Shown one piece after another: positions 56,803 to 64,000 of a stretch of 64,000 nucleotides of DNA. The notes under the pieces were generated by a model. It did no database searches. It was given only the letters and a program-made list of their open reading frames with translations, and was not told where the DNA came from. The stretch lies in assembly GCA_964570875.1 (NCBI GenBank), contig CAZMZE010000012.1:73948-137947 (forward strand). The letters run 5' to 3'. The stretch is from an uncultured Dehalococcoidia bacterium. Its GTDB lineage: Bacteria; Chloroflexota; Dehalococcoidia; Lucifugimonadales; CATQGZ01. The position numbers and the translations under genes are program-made. Every line of letters begins with the position of its first letter. The first letter of the stretch is position 1.

Positions 56803-58514
56803 TTAGAAGCACCTTGCCTTGCATGTTCGGATACGAGTTTATTGATTTGTTTTACCAGATCGTTCACTTTAAAAGGAAGCCCTGTATATTGATTTATAGA
56901 GATGGCGTTTATACCTTGTGAACGTAAAACACTTGAGAATTGACCTTGATAATTTAATTCCGGGACTATTACCAAATTTTTGGTTTTTAGGGTATTCACT
57001 AACTCAATTGGCAAAGGATTGAGGAACATGGTGTACGCCCAGCCTATCCCAGAGTCGCCGTTGAAGAATTGCTCGTAAGCTTCCTGAGCGGGGCCTTTTG
57101 AACCTCCCCAAGGCATTATTATTATTGAAGCCTCTGGATTTTTCTCCTCGTAATAGCCATTTTGAAGCAATTTCAGCTTGCTGAATCTTCGCTCGGTCAT
57201 TTGTACATGGCGTGCTGGTAGATGCGTAGTGTCTCCTATCCCATCATGTTCGCTTCCATTGGCGACATAGCCGCCAGGGTTTCCTGGTATAGGCATAGGA
57301 GATAACTCAGCACTTTCGTACCTTTGATATCCGTTACTACCTTCGTATACTTTCCTTTTTTCGATTTTGAGATTTTGAATTTTAGGCTTAGGGATATTTT
57401 TTTGACGCTCTGACAAAGCGTGTTCACTCAACAAAACGACCGGGCCTTGGTATCTCTCAGCCCAGTTAAAAGCTTCTACAGCAGCATAAAAACACTCTTC
57501 AACGGTTCCGGGAGCTATAACGGGTAAGCTAATGTCGCCGTGAGACGGGGTAATGGCTGTCAGCAGGTCTGACTGTTCAGTTTTTGTAGGAAGGCCAGTA
57601 GAAGGACCACCTCTCTGAATATTGGCTACCACTACCGGTATTTCAGCCATCCATCCGAGACCGAGTCCTTCACTCATTAACGAGAAGCCTGGCCCTGCTG
57701 TTGAAGTCATGGCCTTTTTCCCAGCGTATCCCGCTCCCAGAATAGATGTTATAGATTCTATTTCCGATGTTGCCTGATATGCAATTTTGCCTGGGCCGAC
57801 AAGATTTTTCTCCATCCAAATTAGTATTGTGGTGGCTGGGGAAATAGGATACCCGACAAAGAATTCAACTCCTGATGCCATCGCACCTAAAGAGATGGCC
57901 TCATTGCCGTTAACAAGGATCTGTTCAACATCTGGTTTGTTGGGTTCTGCTAGTTCACCGAGACTGAATCCGCTCTTGATAGCCTCTTCTTTCCCCAATT
58001 TTAATGCATGGTTATTTGAGGATACTATTTGTTCATCACTAGGACGTCCACGGGTATATTTTTCTTTGTTAAAAGTTTCCAAAATTGACATGGGAAGGTC
58101 TACGAGGTGAGCCAAGGCGCCCATCACCACAAAGTTTGCTGCGCGGTTATTGCCTGTGGTTTTGGCCAATTCATCAAATTGCATACCAAAACTTTTCCCA
58201 TCGTCATCTAGTTCGAATTCCTCTGAGTTATAGATAATAACGCCTGAGTCACTCACTTCACTACGATGTTGTTCATATGCTTCTTGGTTAAAAGCTACTA
58301 GGGCATCTAATTCGTCCCCCGAACTCAATATGTCGGAGGTAGATATTCTGAGTTGAAACCATGTGGGACCCCCGCGAATTTGAGATGGAAAGGTAGCAAA
58401 AGTTTGCACGTGATATCCAACTTCTGCGGCGGCTTGCGACATTGCAGTAACTACGGTAAGCAGTCCTGCTCCGCCTTCTCCTCCAAATCGTACAACAAAG
58501 TCGTGTTTTTTCAA
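56799..58514 (-). CDS. korA: 2-oxoacid:ferredoxin oxidoreductase alpha (fused gamma-alpha) subunit
   Basis: 571 aa. N-terminal gamma-like domain (RFGGEGGAGLLT) and alpha domain (GYPISPAT). TTG start 7 nt after GGAGA. 4-nt overlap with korB. Confidence 0.9.
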   Translation of the reverse strand: MKKHDFVVRFGGEGGAGLLTVVTAMSQAAAEVGYHVQTFATFPSQIRGGPTWFQLRISTSDILSSGDELDALVAFNQEAYEQHRSEVSDSGVIIYNSEEFELDDDGKSFGMQFDELAKTTGNNRAANFVVMGALAHLVDLPMSILETFNKEKYTRGRPSDEQIVSSNNHALKLGKEEAIKSGFSLGELAEPNKPDVEQILVNGNEAISLGAMASGVEFFVGYPISPATTILIWMEKNLVGPGKIAYQATSEIESITSILGAGYAGKKAMTSTAGPGFSLMSEGLGLGWMAEIPVVVANIQRGGPSTGLPTKTEQSDLLTAITPSHGDISLPVIAPGTVEECFYAAVEAFNWAERYQGPVVLLSEHALSERQKNIPKPKIQNLKIEKRKVYEGSNGYQRYESAELSPMPIPGNPGGYVANGSEHDGIGDTTHLPARHVQMTERRFSKLKLLQNGYYEEKNPEASIIIMPWGGSKGPAQEAYEQFFNGDSGIGWAYTMFLNPLPIELVNTLKTKNLVIVPELNYQGQFSSVLRSQGINAISINQYTGLPFKVNDLVKQINKLVSEHARQGASK

Positions 58515-58601
58515 CGGATGTCTCCAAATCCATACAATGTTATTGAGCGAATTGGCGGGCGCAACAAACTGAAGAACCAGATTTTGTGTATCGGGGTATC
58601 A

Positions 58602-58704
58602 GGTGGCCGCACTCGCAATTACAACGAATACCGAAACAAACTTATAGGCGTGCAATTCTTATAATTAAACCGGAAAGTCATTGCGAGCTAATAAAACTAC
58701 CACC
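58602..58704 (-). other. long-range inverted repeat (candidate RNA structure) in the korA leader
   Basis: Plus-strand GGTGG (58602-58606) with CTCGCAAT (58612-58619) pairs with ATTGCGAG (58680-58687) and CCACC (58700-58704). This gives an 8-bp and a 5-6-bp helix enclosing about 60 nt, between the predicted promoter and the korA start. Confidence 0.3.
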
Positions 58705-58731
58705 TTTTAGTACTATTAATTCCTACCCACA

Positions 58732-58760
58732 AATATATCAGGGGCTAGTTAGAGTGTCAA
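58732..58760 (-). promoter_or_regulatory. sigma70-like promoter candidate for korAB
   Basis: Minus strand: TTGACA (58760-58755), a 17-nt spacer, then TATATT (58737-58732). It starts 31 nt after the ccmB stop and implies a leader of about 210 nt. Confidence 0.35.
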
Positions 58761-58790
58761 TTTAGGATAAGAGAAATAAATGATCAACAC

Positions 58791-59465
58791 CTATTCTTCG
58801 ATGATAATACTGAATCCCAATGGGCAGATTACCAGCAAAATTAAGTCCATGACGCCCAGCAGGTAAATCCACTGATATTGAGAACCAGCACTAGCATTGG
58901 TTATCAATGGGCCCGTTGCTTCTACCGCGGCAATAATAATAGGTACGATTAAAGGGAAAAAAAGTAGAGGTAGCATAATTTCTCGAGATCGCGTGTTGAT
59001 TGCCATAGTGGCAAAGAGCGTTCCTACGCATGACGTTCCCATGATGGTAAGTATCGCTATTAAATATAGGTTAATTGAAAATGTAGATACATTAAAAAGT
59101 ACAGTAAATATTGGGAACACTATAACCACAGTGAAAAACATAAATAAAAAATTCCCAAGCATTTTACCGAAGAAGATTGCCTCTCTACCAATTGGTGATG
59201 TCATCAATGCATGTAGATTGCCACTCTCTTTTTCCAAGGCCAAAGAACGCGTGAGTCCTAGCACTCCTGCGAATGTGATAGATATCCACATAATGCCAGG
59301 CGCCACTATTGCCATTATCTGTGTAGTAGGTTCAACTGCAAAATTGAAAATCAGCAACACCAGTGACGCGAATAAAATTACTGACAGCAGAATATCCTTG
59401 GTTCGTGATTCCAAAAGAATATCTTTCCATACGATCGACCCTATTATTTTGCAAAAATTTATCAT
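58791..59465 (-). CDS. ccmB: heme exporter protein B (ABC-2 permease)
   Basis: 224-aa, 6-TM protein with an N-terminal WKDILLESRTKD motif like CcmB. ATGA overlap with ccmA. Confidence 0.75.
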   Translation of the reverse strand: MINFCKIIGSIVWKDILLESRTKDILLSVILFASLVLLIFNFAVEPTTQIMAIVAPGIMWISITFAGVLGLTRSLALEKESGNLHALMTSPIGREAIFFGKMLGNFLFMFFTVVIVFPIFTVLFNVSTFSINLYLIAILTIMGTSCVGTLFATMAINTRSREIMLPLLFFPLIVPIIIAAVEATGPLITNASAGSQYQWIYLLGVMDLILLVICPLGFSIIIEE

Positions 59466-60193
59466 CTGTTGGTTCCAGAATATTTTTTATAGATTGAATC
59501 AAGTCCAGAATTTTCTTGTGGTGAGTCCATGCTATGGTGGACTATTGTCCCTTTGGAAAGGATAGCGACTTGAGTGGCTAAGCTGCTAGCCCATCCTAAA
59601 TTGTGAGTGGTCATAACTACCGTGCAGCTTTTCTTGACAGTATCTTCAACTATATAGGAAAGGAGTTCCAAAGCCTGTTGATCTAAGCCGCTTTCCGGCT
59701 CATCCATAAGCAATATCAAGGGCTCATGAAGCATAGCCCGGGCTATGTCTATTCTTTTCCTCATTCCGTGAGATAGCGAGCTGACCTTCTTGTCTAATTG
59801 GAGTGCTAGGCCCATCTTTATTGAAATTTCATTTATAGAGTCATCATAATCTGTTAGTCCGAACAATCGAGTAAATAATCGCAGGTTTTCACGTCCAGTG
59901 AGCTCGGGATAGAGCAATGGAGTGTGTGTTATGAAGCCTATATTACGGCGGATACTTTTACCTGACTCAGAAGGATTTAGTCCCGCAATTTGGATTGTGC
60001 CATGATCTGGCTTGGCGATAGTAGCCAATATTTTAATGAGGGTTGATTTTCCGGATCCATTCATTCCTAGTATCGTGAGCACTGTGCCCCATGGGACGCT
60101 AATTTCAAGATTTCTCAGGGCTGATATGCGACCGAAAGATTTTGTTAATCCAAACACTTCAATAGCATTTTGAGGACCATCGAATTGATCCAT
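59462..60193 (-). CDS. ccmA: heme ABC exporter ATP-binding protein
   Basis: 243 aa. Walker A GMNGSGKST, signature LSHGMRKR, Walker B LLMDEP. Confidence 0.75.
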   Translation of the reverse strand: MDQFDGPQNAIEVFGLTKSFGRISALRNLEISVPWGTVLTILGMNGSGKSTLIKILATIAKPDHGTIQIAGLNPSESGKSIRRNIGFITHTPLLYPELTGRENLRLFTRLFGLTDYDDSINEISIKMGLALQLDKKVSSLSHGMRKRIDIARAMLHEPLILLMDEPESGLDQQALELLSYIVEDTVKKSCTVVMTTHNLGWASSLATQVAILSKGTIVHHSMDSPQENSGLDSIYKKYSGTNR

Positions 60194-60288
60194 ATTTAGA
60201 ATTTCCTTTTAGGGTGAAACTCACTGTAGTATAAGACAATAGACAATTAAATTATTATTCACATTCGGTTACAGGGGGATTAAAGTCA

Positions 60289-60711
60289 ATGGCATCGATA
60301 GAGCAGTTAAGGTCAAAGTATGATGCTATAGAAGAGAAATTTGACGTGCACCATGAGTCAAAAATCAATACCGATTGTTTATTGGTGTTTGATTACGAAT
60401 ACAAAGGTAGTAGTACTGATATAGTGATTGAAACTGAGGAATTTTCAGCAGTATGCCCGTGGAATGGGCTCCCGGATTTCGGGTTACTTACGCTAGAGTA
60501 TGTTCCCGAATCACTGTGTGTTGAGCTCAAGTCATTAAAATATTATTTAATGTCATTTAGATCAGTGGGTATTGTTCAAGAGCACGCAGCCAACCGGATT
60601 TTGAAGGACTTGGTTGGTGTGTGTAATCCTGTAAATATGAAGGTCACTCTGGATTATCAGCCGAGGGGTGGATTCCATACCATTGTCAGTGCGTCATATC
60701 CGTCTTCTTAG
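60289..60711 (+). CDS. queF: NADPH-dependent 7-cyano-7-deazaguanine (preQ0) reductase, type I
   Basis: 140 aa. Catalytic-Cys context EEFSAVCPWNGLPDFG, QueF motif ELKSLKYYL, SFRSVGIVQEHAANRI, QPRGG. Confidence 0.85.
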   Translation: MASIEQLRSKYDAIEEKFDVHHESKINTDCLLVFDYEYKGSSTDIVIETEEFSAVCPWNGLPDFGLLTLEYVPESLCVELKSLKYYLMSFRSVGIVQEHAANRILKDLVGVCNPVNMKVTLDYQPRGGFHTIVSASYPSS

Positions 60712-60714
60712 GCA

Positions 60715-61437
60715 TTGCTGACTACTCGCGATAAATATAGTTGCAGCAGATCTGATTTATTGGAAATGCTAAGAGACGTGAATGAGCCTGGTTCATGCAC
60801 TGACATTTTTTACGTTCCTCCTAAAAAACTTCCTAGCGAAAAATCTCCGTCTTTAGCAAATGAAGTTGTGAATGTAATAGGCCAATCTGATACAGGTACG
60901 GTTATTCTAAAAGAGAATCAAACGATCACTGCCGTGGTTCCGCCTGTGCCATTGATTTTGAACTCGGATGTAGCCATGTTGGAGGTAAGTGAACTCCAAA
61001 GACTTGTATGTATCGACCGAACAATAGCTGTGATATTGCTTCGCTTGGGCAGATACGCTATCTCAATCCTTGAAGGAGAAAAAACAGTGGAGTCCAAGAC
61101 TGGTACCCGATATGTCAAGAACAGGCATAGAGCTGGAGGATCTTCCCAAAGGCGCTTTGAAAGAAACAGGGATAAGCATATCAGGGAACTGTTCGACAAA
61201 ATATGCCAAACAGCTAATGAATTAATGCCTCTTAACAGTGATAATTTAGATTACATAATACTCGGCGGTGAGAAAACAACAATTAGACAATTCATAGATA
61301 GGTGTAAGTATTTGAATAGGATGCAGCACAAAATACTTGATAGGAAACTAGTTGCGCGGGTGCCTAATCAACGTACCTTGAATATGGTGGGAGTCGAAGT
61401 ATGGACAAGCCAAATCACTGTTTTTGAGTACTCTTGA
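60715..61437 (+). CDS. VLRF1/Vms1-like release-factor-fold protein (acVLRF1-type putative peptidyl-tRNA hydrolase)
   Basis: 240 aa. Central VILLRLGRYAISILEGEKTVESKTGTRYVKNRHRAGGSSQRRFERNRDKH with a Gly-Gly-x-x-Gln loop (61135-61149). TTG start 3 nt after the queF stop, with no SD. The ATG at 60766 is an alternative start. Confidence 0.55.
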   Translation: MLTTRDKYSCSRSDLLEMLRDVNEPGSCTDIFYVPPKKLPSEKSPSLANEVVNVIGQSDTGTVILKENQTITAVVPPVPLILNSDVAMLEVSELQRLVCIDRTIAVILLRLGRYAISILEGEKTVESKTGTRYVKNRHRAGGSSQRRFERNRDKHIRELFDKICQTANELMPLNSDNLDYIILGGEKTTIRQFIDRCKYLNRMQHKILDRKLVARVPNQRTLNMVGVEVWTSQITVFEYS

Positions 61438-61583
61438 TTGTACTCATTGTTCCATGATTGAATACGATAATATTACTAGTTCATAAGATTATCTATGCCA
61501 AGATTTCAGATTGAGATCACCAATTTTGTAGTGGCAGAGTCTATACCTGGTCCAAAGATTTAGATAGAGAATGCTTTATGTGC

Positions 61584-63248
61584 CTACCACTCAAAATATT
61601 TCTCTGGAACGAAACCTTCAGTTGTTTTGGTAAGTCCTTGTTTGAACACCTCAGGCCGATTCTGATACAGCCGGTGTAGAGGTACTGGGGAATCACTTTC
61701 GTAATCAATAGATACTACTGTATTGCCAATCCATCTTGTCTGTATGCGTTCTTTGACTACTGGTTCAGATTTCACATCAAAACAATGTTTACCTGGCGTC
61801 AGTTTGGTTGTTTCCTCACTAATTTTCTCTGGTATATCATACCGCAGAATAATTGGCGATCCAGCAAGCATATTGCTGAGATATAGATAAGTGCCATTGT
61901 CTTTAGGGGTTACAGCATTGCCATTAACGTTCACCAAAATATTTGCCGCGTATGCCGGTTTCCTGATTCTCACATCTCCGTTGTAGCGCGGTACAACTTT
62001 AAGCTCACCCTTAAATGGTTCATAGTTTGTTATAGTTGCCAATGGAGTGTCTAAGGTGAAATGCAGGTTTATTGAAAGGACAGAGCCATGTAGTGTGGCC
62101 GAGTTAGCAGCTATCTTTCCCAGAGTCCACATTGCATTTCCTCCGCAACATACCATTAATTGTCCAAAATCAAACAGGTGTTCTCGGGCAGTTGCCCAAC
62201 TGAATCCTCCAACTGATCGCGATAGGATATCGCGTGAGTCATCGTGAGGCCCCGGTGAGCCTTCCCTATGTCCTATCTTTACTGCTTTAGGATCAGTGAA
62301 CTGACAAGCTAAAGTGTGGTTACGGAAATGTCTGTCAATCATATCCCACCACTCACCCCTGCCAGACTTTGTTAAAACCAATGCAGTGGTAGTGAGTTCC
62401 ATATTTGTACAACAGGGCTCTGTGTCCGGAGTTCCACCATAACGTGTGGTGAGGGATAAAGAATTTCTGAAGACGTTTTCCACATAGTTGAGCAAGCCAG
62501 CGTCATTAGTTGAGTAAGCGAACCTAGCAATGCCGGCAAGGGCTGAAGCATTACCACGCAGCCACCCACTTAGACGGTAATGCTTGTCGACCAAATTGGT
62601 TGATGGGTGTACGGCCCAATTTATGATTCCTCTGCAGAATTCTAAGGCATTTGTATCATCGCTGGCCTCGAAGTATTTCATCAAAGGTTCTACCAGGGTT
62701 ATTGGCGCGACATCACCGAATACCTCTTGCCGATCATACGGCGAGGCAAAAAGTATGAAGTTTCCTTCCTTTTTAGTAATACTCATCAATGCTTGCAACA
62801 TCCCCTTGATATATTGAAGTAGATTTTCGTCCTCACTCTCGATATACCATGCCATTAAAGTGAACATTACCCGTGCCTGTTCCCATATGTATAACGTAGT
62901 GTCTTCACTCCATACACTTGAATAGGAACGCCGCGAGAAACCATCGGTGCCATAAAAAGATGCTAAAGTGAGCTTCCGCTGACCAGCTTCAACTTCTTGC
63001 CCGGCAGTGTTACCGGTGACAGATTTAATAGCTATGCGGCCTAATAGTCCGTAAGAAGCAGCTTCTACCCAACTCCACCGATTGCGGATAAACGCTGGTA
63101 TTTCATATCCAAGGCTGGCTCCTACGTATGCCATATAAGACCGATGAGGATCACATATCTCATTGAGATGGTTCAGGGTCAGATTCGCTACATTAACTAA
63201 ATTTGGCCAACCCTCTACCAAAATCTTGTCCGGTTTCTGTTCGGTCAT
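61584..63248 (-). CDS. DUF1680/GH127-like (alpha/alpha)6-barrel protein
   Basis: 554 aa. E-P-C-C (62409-62420) and V-C-C-G-G-N (CC at 62145-62150) lie 88 residues apart. This recalls the Glu-x-Cys ... Cys-Cys zinc/nucleophile site of GH127 beta-L-arabinofuranosidases. The assignment is from motif memory only. Confidence 0.4.
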   Translation of the reverse strand: MTEQKPDKILVEGWPNLVNVANLTLNHLNEICDPHRSYMAYVGASLGYEIPAFIRNRWSWVEAASYGLLGRIAIKSVTGNTAGQEVEAGQRKLTLASFYGTDGFSRRSYSSVWSEDTTLYIWEQARVMFTLMAWYIESEDENLLQYIKGMLQALMSITKKEGNFILFASPYDRQEVFGDVAPITLVEPLMKYFEASDDTNALEFCRGIINWAVHPSTNLVDKHYRLSGWLRGNASALAGIARFAYSTNDAGLLNYVENVFRNSLSLTTRYGGTPDTEPCCTNMELTTTALVLTKSGRGEWWDMIDRHFRNHTLACQFTDPKAVKIGHREGSPGPHDDSRDILSRSVGGFSWATAREHLFDFGQLMVCCGGNAMWTLGKIAANSATLHGSVLSINLHFTLDTPLATITNYEPFKGELKVVPRYNGDVRIRKPAYAANILVNVNGNAVTPKDNGTYLYLSNMLAGSPIILRYDIPEKISEETTKLTPGKHCFDVKSEPVVKERIQTRWIGNTVVSIDYESDSPVPLHRLYQNRPEVFKQGLTKTTEGFVPEKYFEW

Positions 63249-63373
63249 GAAGTTATTCCTGATTGATGTGATGGGAATTTTTCAGGTGCATATCGAGCGG
63301 TAAGCTAAACATTAGCCGTGTATCGTGATTATTGTACTGAACTATGAAAATAAATCTTCAATCGCTAAGTATA

Positions 63374-64000
63374 TTAATGTAACTGTCTCGAAATTTGAAT
63401 TCGCTGCTCAAGGTGTATCATGCGTTCAGGACCAGCTGTAGCAAGCATGTTTGCTCCGTAAGGACTGTTGTTGTCATGGAGGAGACGGGGTTTAACTAGA
63501 GTTTCTAGCTCTGTAATTATTTCATCATGGAACCGCTGCTCAAAGTTGTAGGTAAACATTCGTCTCATACTACCCCCTCCCCAAGAACTATGCTTAGTCT
63601 TGTGATTAAAAAGTAGCATGTCTCCTGGCTCGGATGTTATGCGGTAAGCTGGGAGTTGGTCTCCGGTAACACCAAGGAACTGCTCAGTGTTATTTTCCGC
63701 TTGGACAGGAAATATTTTGTCGAGTGCCGTCGTGTATTTATCTTGCCCATGGCAACTACCAGGGATAACTCTTAAACAACCACTGTTATCAGAGACTTTA
63801 TCCAAGTAGAAAGCTATCTTGAGTGATTTGTAAGGAGCATGTGGATGATGGTCAGAATGCCAAAGCGTATCTCCAACATAGTAATTGCCGTCACTGCTTG
63901 CATAATTGTAATCGGATCCTAGAATTGATGAAACCACAGAGTTGATTCTTGGGTCATCAATCAACTTGGACAAGTAATCATTTGTATCAGCGAACGTTTC
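63374..64000 (-). CDS. phytanoyl-CoA dioxygenase (PhyH) family Fe(II)/2-oxoglutarate oxygenase, 5'-truncated by the window edge
   Basis: HxD (LWHSDH) and a distal His (NHKTKHSS) in a double-stranded beta-helix context. The reading frame stays open upstream of the TTG at 63973 to the window end, and about 70 N-terminal residues expected for PhyH are missing. Confidence 0.7.
   Translation of the reverse strand, partial: ETFADTNDYLSKLIDDPRINSVVSSILGSDYNYASSDGNYYVGDTLWHSDHHPHAPYKSLKIAFYLDKVSDNSGCLRVIPGSCHGQDKYTTALDKIFPVQAENNTEQFLGVTGDQLPAYRITSEPGDMLLFNHKTKHSSWGGGSMRRMFTYNFEQRFHDEIITELETLVKPRLLHDNNSPYGANMLATAGPERMIHLEQRIQISRQLH

Noticed and set aside
60194-60288. Possible preQ1 riboswitch upstream of queF. 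A tandem AGACAAT AGACAAT repeat lies at 60234-60247.
   Set aside because: I could not find the short preQ1-I hairpin with its conserved loop and A-rich tail, nor a preQ1-II-like pseudoknot. The tandem heptamer is too short to interpret. This is a divergent promoter region shared with ccmA.
1-64000. Search for tRNA/rRNA/tmRNA/RNase P genes, CRISPR arrays, IS elements, integrases, prophage or toxin-antitoxin/defence genes. Also noted: recurrent TTCTAG(G) strings near several start codons (e.g. 10551, 16716, 20228, 24340).
   Set aside because: No intergenic region contains a T-loop-like GGTTCGAATC motif, cloverleaf-sized structure or regularly spaced repeats, and no ORF shows transposase or integrase motifs. 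I could not evaluate the TTCTAG occurrences statistically without counting k-mers, and they may simply reflect composition.

Overview
This 64-kb window is gene-dense (about 60 CDS) and looks like chromosomal core and metabolic DNA. I found no rRNA, tRNA, CRISPR array, transposase, integrase or phage genes. All calls come from reading the ORF translations for motifs and checking start sites and intergenic DNA by eye. No database search was run, and intergenic coordinates may be off by about 1 nt.

Organism: the content points to a low-GC marine Chloroflexota (SAR202/Dehalococcoidia-like) genome. This is an inference from four features: an 11-gene nuoABCDHIJKLMN cluster without nuoEFG, a VLRF1-like release-factor-fold protein, many paralogous aminotransferase, SDR, acyl-CoA dehydrogenase and enolase-superfamily genes, and frequent TTG/GTG starts.

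Gene content, left to right:
- 1-2.5 kb: a partial upstream gene, a DUF4129-like membrane protein and a TauE permease.
- 2.6-13.7 kb: acyl-CoA dehydrogenase and trxB, then an amino-compound island. The island holds two paralogous class-III aminotransferases around a threonine-synthase-like PLP enzyme and a Tdh-like Zn-dehydrogenase, followed by an M19 dipeptidase, an amidohydrolase and a GNAT.
- 13.9-17.6 kb: a NifU-like protein, acs and an alpha/beta hydrolase.
- 17.7-21.1 kb: a fatty-acid cluster (hot-dog pair, plsX, fabG, FabL-like reductase).
- 21.2-24.3 kb: a TPP enzyme, a P-loop-like protein with a Lys-to-Thr Walker A, and a PIG-L deacetylase.
- 24.4-34.6 kb: the nuo cluster.
- 34.7-44.3 kb: an AIR-synthase-related protein, a HAD hydrolase, mfd, a PrxQ/BCP-like lipoprotein, and an SDR/MBL/enolase module.
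- 44.3-51.9 kb: L25/Ctc, an ECF sigma with a putative anti-sigma, a heterodimeric ABC exporter, and ruvB.
- 52.0-60.2 kb: a split methylmalonyl-CoA mutase operon with an acyl-CoA dehydrogenase and the epimerase, then korAB and ccmAB.
- 60.3-64.0 kb: queF tightly coupled to the VLRF1-like gene, then a DUF1680/GH127-like protein and a partial PhyH dioxygenase.

Most worth a second look:
- the queF-VLRF1-like pair;
- the aminotransferase/ThrC-like/Tdh-like cassette;
- the DUF1680-like plus PhyH pair;
- the HadAB-like dehydratase pair;
- several structured or palindromic intergenic elements (korA leader, nuoH-nuoI spacer, ABC-exporter upstream dyad, palindrome inside the mutase operon).
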